Part shown: piece by piece, positions 53,108 through 60,600 of the stretch
Position numbering within the stretch: position 1 is the first letter of the stretch
How the letters are laid out: each line of letters begins with the position of its first letter
DNA from: Spirochaetia bacterium
Lineage (GTDB): Bacteria; Spirochaetota; Spirochaetia; SP-2023
Assembly (NCBI GenBank): GCA_965225855.1
Contig: CBDDCK010000005.1
Span: 608,001-672,000 of the forward strand
Length of the DNA stretch: 64,000 nucleotides
Direction: 5' to 3'
Made by a program: the position numbers and the translations under genes
The notes under the pieces: generated by a model
Seen by the model: only the letters and a program-made list of their open reading frames with translations
Told to the model about the DNA's origin: nothing
Database searches by the model: none

Positions 53108-53378
53108 ATGGCAAAAAGAAAGATATATCGATACAAGCAATTCATGCATGTTTTAAAAGAATATCTTGTTATAAAAGTGGTTTATATTGGAATAACAAAC
53201 AATCCAGAAAGACGAGAAAGGGAACATTGCTTAGATGGTAAAAAATTCTCGCATATGAAAGTAGTTTCTATAAGAAGAATGACAAAAGCGGGTGCGAAAA
53301 AAGAGAAGCGAAAAGGTTGGCGCGATATAGAAAAAACCAAGGGAAAATCCCACATATAACAAAAATTCTAACGGTTAA
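53108..53378 (+). pseudogene. Small GIY-YIG-like nuclease, probably frameshifted near the 3' end
   Basis: VVYIGITNNPERREREH; the C-terminus reads more plausibly (REAKRLARYRKNQG, then NPTYNKNSNG-stop) after two shifts at A-runs. Confidence 0.55.
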
Positions 53379-53700
53379 AATTTAGAGCAAATATAAAAAG
53401 AGCGGTTGCGTTGCGTATGATCGTACTAAACATTTACGATTTTTTGCAATTTTTTGAGACTGCCACAGGCTCGTTGGGAAATCCCTAGGTTGCAAATCAA
53501 AAAAGCTAGTAAGGTTTTGGGCAAAAACCTTACTAGCTTTCTTTAAAAACCTTACTAGCTTTTTGAGACCATGCGCTGTTACCATGATATTTTGATACTT
53601 ACACCATCTTATACCATATTGCTGCCGACAATAACCCATATGCCGAAAAACAAAAATTCTAACGGTTAAAATTTAGAGCAAATATAGAAAGAGCAGTTGC
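53358..53700. repeat. 52-bp direct repeat pair (53358-53409 and 53649-53700, 2 mismatches), each copy ending in CRISPR-repeat-like sequence
   Basis: aacaaaaattctaacggttaaaatttagagcaaatata(a/g)aaagagc(g/a)gttgc. Confidence 0.9.
53498..53566. terminator. Hairpin with one left arm and two alternative right arms; possible bidirectional terminator
   Basis: aaagctagtaaggtttt pairs with aaaaccttactagcttt at 53524-53540 or 53546-53562. Confidence 0.6.
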
Positions 53701-53724
53701 ATACCTTTTTCATTTCGGTTTAAT
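53693..53724 (+). CRISPR. Detached degenerate CRISPR repeat
   Basis: gcagttgcatacctttttcatttcggtttaat equals the array repeat lacking the first GTT and one T. Confidence 0.92.
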
Positions 53725-53829
53725 TAGGGCCAGGGCTAGCGAGAATGTGCAGCGTGGTTTGGATAGAGACGCTGGGAAAATTCTTTGGTAAAATTAAAAA
53801 ATAAGAAATTAGGAGTTTTAGGAGTTTTT

Positions 53830-54546
53830 ATGAAAGTTTTTTGGATTGTGAAAATTTTAATGTTTGTGGCGATGATGAGTTACAATCTTTCTGGTGTGTT
53901 GTGGGCTAAGCAGCCGTTGGTGATTGGCGGTACTGTAAATGCTGGCTATACGGGTTTTAGTGGGTCTTGGACTAGCAAAACGAATGGGGTTCTCGATTTT
54001 GAGTGGGACGATGTAACTGGGCTGAGTGTGCCTATTAATGTTTTGGTACATGGGGCTTATGGCTTGAATGATTGGTTTAGCGTTGGCGGTGTGCTTGGGT
54101 TTGGTGTTGGCGTTGATTCTGATTTGGGAACGCCTAAGTATACGGTTAATGGTACTGCTACTGTGCCTTTGGTAGAAAGTGTGGTTGGCGGTTTTAGGAT
54201 TGGGCCTTATTTTCGCTTTGGTTTATGGGGCAAGGATAAAGGCGGGGGTATAGCTGTGGCTGCTTTGTTTATGATTGATTCTTTTCGGGAGCCACAGAGG
54301 TATTCTTTTTATACTGGTAGTGGTTATCTGTATTTGCAGCAAAAAGGCGTTTCGGTGGCTGGTTTGGCTTTAATGAGTGATATTTTTATCAATCGGTATT
54401 TTGGTGTAAATGTTGGTTTGGTTTTTAGTGGTTTGACGAGTGATGGAAACTTTGAAAGGGTGGCTGGCAATAAGTTGGAGCTTAGGGCTGGTGGCGTTGG
54501 CTTTTTGTTGGGGGCTAGTTTTTCTGTGCCGATAAAATTTAAATAA
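53830..54546 (+). CDS. Putative outer-membrane beta-barrel protein lying between the detached repeat and the main array
   Basis: Duplicated AGGAG RBS before ATG 53830 (track starts 53785); signal peptide ending VLWA; Gly/aromatic-rich amphipathic strands; C-terminal GFLLGASFS. Confidence 0.7.
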   Translation: MKVFWIVKILMFVAMMSYNLSGVLWAKQPLVIGGTVNAGYTGFSGSWTSKTNGVLDFEWDDVTGLSVPINVLVHGAYGLNDWFSVGGVLGFGVGVDSDLGTPKYTVNGTATVPLVESVVGGFRIGPYFRFGLWGKDKGGGIAVAALFMIDSFREPQRYSFYTGSGYLYLQQKGVSVAGLALMSDIFINRYFGVNVGLVFSGLTSDGNFERVAGNKLELRAGGVGFLLGASFSVPIKFK

Positions 54547-54594
54547 TTTTTTTGTTTTTGCTGGGATAAATTCGTTGTTTTTTGCGAGCCCAAA

Positions 54595-54631
54595 CCTATG
54601 TAAGTATTTTATCAATAAATACTTACATAGG
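54595..54631. terminator. 15-bp perfect inverted repeat between the OMP gene and the first full repeat
   Basis: cctatgtaagtattt-tatcaat-aaatacttacatagg. Confidence 0.7.
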
Positions 54632-54643
54632 GGACTGAGAATT

Positions 54644-57600
54644 GTTGCAGTTGCATACCTTTTTTCATTTCGGTTTAATAAATTCTTTAGGTCTTTAACT
54701 TTAGCAGTTGTTGCAGTTGCATACCTTTTTTCATTTCGGTTTAATCCGTTGCCACGAAACCTTACCACCAAGGGCGTTGCAGTTGCATACCTTTTTTCAT
54801 TTCGGTTTAATCCTTGGCTTTGATTTTTTGGATATTATTTAGTTGCAGTTGCATACCTTTTTTCATTTCGGTTTAATACCTCTACCCCTATCTCTCCCCC
54901 CACTCCTGTTGCAGTTGCATACCTTTTTTCATTTCGGTTTAATACCTCTACCCCTATCTCTCCCCCCACTCCTGTTGCAGTTGCATACCTTTTTTCATTT
55001 CGGTTTAATCTTATTCTGCTTCTTAAGTCTATTATAGGTGTTGCAGTTGCATACCTTTTTTCATTTCGGTTTAATTCAGACCCAACAGACAAACCATGAC
55101 CGGCAGTTGCAGTTGCATACCTTTTTTCATTTCGGTTTAATGATTTGGATTGTGAATTGTGGTAGGCTATAGTTGCAGTTGCATACCTTTTTTCATTTCG
55201 GTTTAATTGCGCTTAGTCGCAAGGTCAACATCCAGGCGTTGCAGTTGCATACCTTTTTTCATTTCGGTTTAATCCTCTGGAGGCCACAAAGTGTAAGGCA
55301 GTGGTTGCAGTTGCATACCTTTTTTCATTTCGGTTTAATTTACGGGAAATACAAAGATACAATATTTTTGTTGCAGTTGCATACCTTTTTTCATTTCGGT
55401 TTAATATGCCAATAACATCTGGACTATCTCTTTTTGTTGCAGTTGCATACCTTTTTTCATTTCGGTTTAATCCTATAGGGATCACTGGTGGCTCACCTCT
55501 TGTTGCAGTTGCATACCTTTTTTCATTTCGGTTTAATACACATCTTTAATCAAAAATCCTACTTCTTGTTGCAGTTGCATACCTTTTTTCATTTCGGTTT
55601 AATTTCACTGCGACCAAGGGCAATATCCTGTTGGTTGCAGTTGCATACCTTTTTTCATTTCGGTTTAATCTTTGGTGTAATCATAATGTCGAATTTCTGG
55701 TTGCAGTTGCATACCTTTTTTCATTTCGGTTTAATACAAGGTCACGACCGCGACTAGGCTTGTATGTTGCAGTTGCATACCTTTTTTCATTTCGGTTTAA
55801 TTATTCAAGTCACCATACTCACCGGCAGCATGTTGCAGTTGCATACCTTTTTTCATTTCGGTTTAATACAAGGTCACGACCGCGACTAGGCTTGTATGTT
55901 GCAGTTGCATACCTTTTTTCATTTCGGTTTAATTATTCAAGTCACCATACTCACCGGCAGCATGTTGCAGTTGCATACCTTTTTTCATTTCGGTTTAATA
56001 TTAAACGCAACCCCCATTCAGTCGACCTAGTTGCAGTTGCATACCTTTTTTCATTTCGGTTTAATACCATCGCCAGCAACAAGTCTCTTTGCGTGGTTGC
56101 AGTTGCATACCTTTTTTCATTTCGGTTTAATGATTCTACCATTCTCACGCCCTACAAGAGCGTTGCAGTTGCATACCTTTTTTCATTTCGGTTTAATGTG
56201 AGGTATTAACAGCCGATGATATAGTTAGTTGCAGTTGCATACCTTTTTTCATTTCGGTTTAATTTGTCAGCCCAAATTGTTCTTTTGTATTATGTTGCAG
56301 TTGCATACCTTTTTTCATTTCGGTTTAATTATGCGCCCGTGATCTACAATATTATGGTTGTTGCAGTTGCATACCTTTTTTCATTTCGGTTTAATAGAAA
56401 TATCTCTAAGCATATTAAAAATCATGTTGCAGTTGCATACCTTTTTTCATTTCGGTTTAATTCTCTTTCGATACGATGCATCCATTCTTTAGTTGCAGTT
56501 GCATACCTTTTTTCATTTCGGTTTAATAGTAGACATATGCATAACTTTGCCAAGTATGTTGCAGTTGCATACCTTTTTTCATTTCGGTTTAATTTTGTGA
56601 ATGGTCCAGTGTCTGTATTCGTTGTTGCAGTTGCATACCTTTTTTCATTTCGGTTTAATAATTACAACATTCATCGGCAATAAATAAGAGTTGCAGTTGC
56701 ATACCTTTTTTCATTTCGGTTTAATCATTGTACCCTGCGGTGTACGATCAACATAGTTGCAGTTGCATACCTTTTTTCATTTCGGTTTAATTCCAGGAGT
56801 AACCATAACAGAACCCTTAGCGTTGCAGTTGCATACCTTTTTTCATTTCGGTTTAATCATTGTACCCTGCGGTGTACGATCAACATAGTTGCAGTTGCAT
56901 ACCTTTTTTCATTTCGGTTTAATTCCAGGAGTAACCATAACAGAACCCTTAGCGTTGCAGTTGCATACCTTTTTTCATTTCGGTTTAATCATTGTACCCT
57001 GCGGTGTACGATCAACATAGTTGCAGTTGCATACCTTTTTTCATTTCGGTTTAATTCCAGGAGTAACCATAACAGAACCCTTAGCGTTGCAGTTGCATAC
57101 CTTTTTTCATTTCGGTTTAATCATTGTACCCTGCGGTGTACGATCAACATAGTTGCAGTTGCATACCTTTTTTCATTTCGGTTTAATTCCAGGAGTAACC
57201 ATAACAGAACCCTTAGCGTTGCAGTTGCATACCTTTTTTCATTTCGGTTTAATCATTGTACCCTGCGGTGTACGATCAACATAGTTGCAGTTGCATACCT
57301 TTTTTCATTTCGGTTTAATAGTCTTAGGAATGGAGTGGGAAGTCTGAAGGTTGCAGTTGCATACCTTTTTTCATTTCGGTTTAATATTTTTGCCCGTTGT
57401 TTTGCTTTTATTGTGGTTGCAGTTGCATACCTTTTTTCATTTCGGTTTAATAAATTTGCCTGTTTTATATTCTCGTAGTACGTTGCAGTTGCATACCTTT
57501 TTTCATTTCGGTTTAATTGGAAGTCTTGGCTGGTGAAATTGTTAAATGTTGCAGTTGCATACCTTTTTTCATTTCGGTTTAATTGCTTTTTCTTTTTCCT

Positions 57601-60600
57601 GTGTTTTTTCTTGGTTGCAGTTGCATACCTTTTTTCATTTCGGTTTAATTTAGTGAGTGTCTTATTGCCGTCTTGATGGGTTGCAGTTGCATACCTTTTT
57701 TCATTTCGGTTTAATTCGATATTCTAGGCGCTAGTAACGCAGCTGTTGCAGTTGCATACCTTTTTTCATTTCGGTTTAATGCACTGATGCATAAATAGCT
57801 AGGTTTATCGGTTGCAGTTGCATACCTTTTTTCATTTCGGTTTAATTCGATATTCTAGGCGCTAGTAACGCAGCTGTTGCAGTTGCATACCTTTTTTCAT
57901 TTCGGTTTAATGCACTGATGCATAAATAGCTAGGTTTATCGGTTGCAGTTGCATACCTTTTTTCATTTCGGTTTAATTCGATATTCTAGGCGCTAGTAAC
58001 GCAGCTGTTGCAGTTGCATACCTTTTTTCATTTCGGTTTAATCCTCTGGTAATTCTCCAAGGCTTCGATGCAGTTGCAGTTGCATACCTTTTTTCATTTC
58101 GGTTTAATCCTCTGGTAATTCTCCAAGGCTTCGATGCAGTTGCAGTTGCATACCTTTTTTCATTTCGGTTTAATTTTTAGGTCGTGATGGTGAAGAGCTG
58201 GAAGGTTGCAGTTGCATACCTTTTTTCATTTCGGTTTAATTAAACAATATTAAAGGCAAGTTTATCTTGTGTTGCAGTTGCATACCTTTTTTCATTTCGG
58301 TTTAATAAAATCCAAACAAATCATTCAACAAAACAAGTTGCAGTTGCATACCTTTTTTCATTTCGGTTTAATTTCTGGGATATGATCAAGCGTTTCGCTG
58401 GCGTTGCAGTTGCATACCTTTTTTCATTTCGGTTTAATCCGTAGAGACAACATTATGAATAAGCGAAGGTTGCAGTTGCATACCTTTTTTCATTTCGGTT
58501 TAATAGTAGTAACAAGACCAAAATGAACATTTCCGTTGCAGTTGCATACCTTTTTTCATTTCGGTTTAATAGTAAAACCTCCTACGTCTGCGCATAAAAT
58601 GTTGCAGTTGCATACCTTTTTTCATTTCGGTTTAATATAATTATTTTATTCTCCACCCCTATAAAAGTTGCAGTTGCATACCTTTTTTCATTTCGGTTTA
58701 ATTGTGGCAATTGCCCAATTCGGGATATTTTCGTTGCAGTTGCATACCTTTTTTCATTTCGGTTTAATTAGCAGACCGTAAGGACTTACCAAGAGCTTGT
58801 TGCAGTTGCATACCTTTTTTCATTTCGGTTTAATTAAAAAGGTTGTTACGAGCACTGTAGAACAGTTGCAGTTGCATACCTTTTTTCATTTCGGTTTAAT
58901 TTAAGCGTTGCTGGGCTAAAGGTAATGTGTTGCAGTTGCATACCTTTTTTCATTTCGGTTTAATTGTAATTTCTACTGCTGTAGATTAGATAAAGTTGCA
59001 GTTGCATACCTTTTTTCATTTCGGTTTAATTGTAATTTCTACTGCTGTAGATTAGATAAAGTTGCAGTTGCATACCTTTTTTCATTTCGGTTTAATAGCC
59101 TTTACCAAGTTCTTCCACCCAATCATGTTGCAGTTGCATACCTTTTTTCATTTCGGTTTAATTGACCCGTCAACAGGTCAGTTTCGGCCTTAGTTGCAGT
59201 TGCATACCTTTTTTCATTTCGGTTTAATATATAAATGCTAAGTAATACCTCCGAATTAGTTGCAGTTGCATACCTTTTTTCATTTCGGTTTAATAATAGC
59301 AATTGGACAACCGAAAGCAAAGGGTTGCAGTTGCATACCTTTTTTCATTTCGGTTTAATAGCCTTTACCAAGTTCTTCCACCCAATCATGTTGCAGTTGC
59401 ATACCTTTTTTCATTTCGGTTTAATTGACCCGTCAACAGGTCAGTTTCGGCCTTAGTTGCAGTTGCATACCTTTTTTCATTTCGGTTTAATATATAAATG
59501 CTAAGTAATACCTCCGAATTAGTTGCAGTTGCATACCTTTTTTCATTTCGGTTTAATGAAAACCTTGAGTAACATAAACCGGTGTAGGTTGCAGTTGCAT
59601 ACCTTTTTTCATTTCGGTTTAATATAAAAAAGCTCGGCCTGCTTGTTCAGTGTGTTGCAGTTGCATACCTTTTTTCATTTCGGTTTAATAGCCCCAGTCG
59701 TTTTTTATGAATGTTTTGAGTTGCAGTTGCATACCTTTTTTCATTTCGGTTTAATCCCAATACTACCCAAATCTCCCTCATCCTTGTTGCAGTTGCATAC
59801 CTTTTTTCATTTCGGTTTAATCCTAATACCACCCAAATCTCTCTCATTCTTGTTGCAGTTGCATACCTTTTTTCATTTCGGTTTAATCTAGGTCTGTATT
59901 TGATCTATCTCATTCTGGTTGCAGTTGCATACCTTTTTTCATTTCGGTTTAATATTTGTAGATTGTTCTACCATAGAAGATTGGTTGCAGTTGCATACCT
60001 TTTTTCATTTCGGTTTAATAATACCGATTATCTACAGACTGGCAAGCGAGTTGCAGTTGCATACCTTTTTTCATTTCGGTTTAATATTTGTAGATTGTTC
60101 TACCATAGAAGATTGGTTGCAGTTGCATACCTTTTTTCATTTCGGTTTAATAATACCGATTATCTACAGACTGGCAAGCGAGTTGCAGTTGCATACCTTT
60201 TTTCATTTCGGTTTAATATTTGTAGATTGTTCTACCATAGAAGATTGGTTGCAGTTGCATACCTTTTTTCATTTCGGTTTAATAATACCGATTATCTACA
60301 GACTGGCAAGCGAGTTGCAGTTGCATACCTTTTTTCATTTCGGTTTAATAGCCCCAGTCGTTTTTTATGAATGTTTTGAGTTGCAGTTGCATACCTTTTT
60401 TCATTTCGGTTTAATCCCAATACTACCCAAATCTCCCTCATCCTTGTTGCAGTTGCATACCTTTTTTCATTTCGGTTTAATATAATACTTACTCCATTGT
60501 GTAAGGCTGGGGGTTGCAGTTGCATACCTTTTTTCATTTCGGTTTAATGTGTATCATAGTAGGTCTTGAATCTAGGTGGTTGCAGTTGCATACCTTTTTT

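Noticed and set aside
53624..53649. GCCGACAA and GCCGAAAA as sigma-28 -10 boxes upstream of the detached repeat
   Set aside because: No TAAA -35 element at the correct spacing
53741..54642. GAGAAT at both ends of the OMP insert as a target-site duplication
   Set aside because: Only 6 bp, removing the insert leaves a 23-nt rather than 30-nt spacer, and there are no terminal inverted repeats
54671..54679. Repeat-internal extended -10 promoter as in Neisseria II-C
   Set aside because: CGGTTTAAT lacks the TG extension and the conserved -11 A; not supportable from sequence alone
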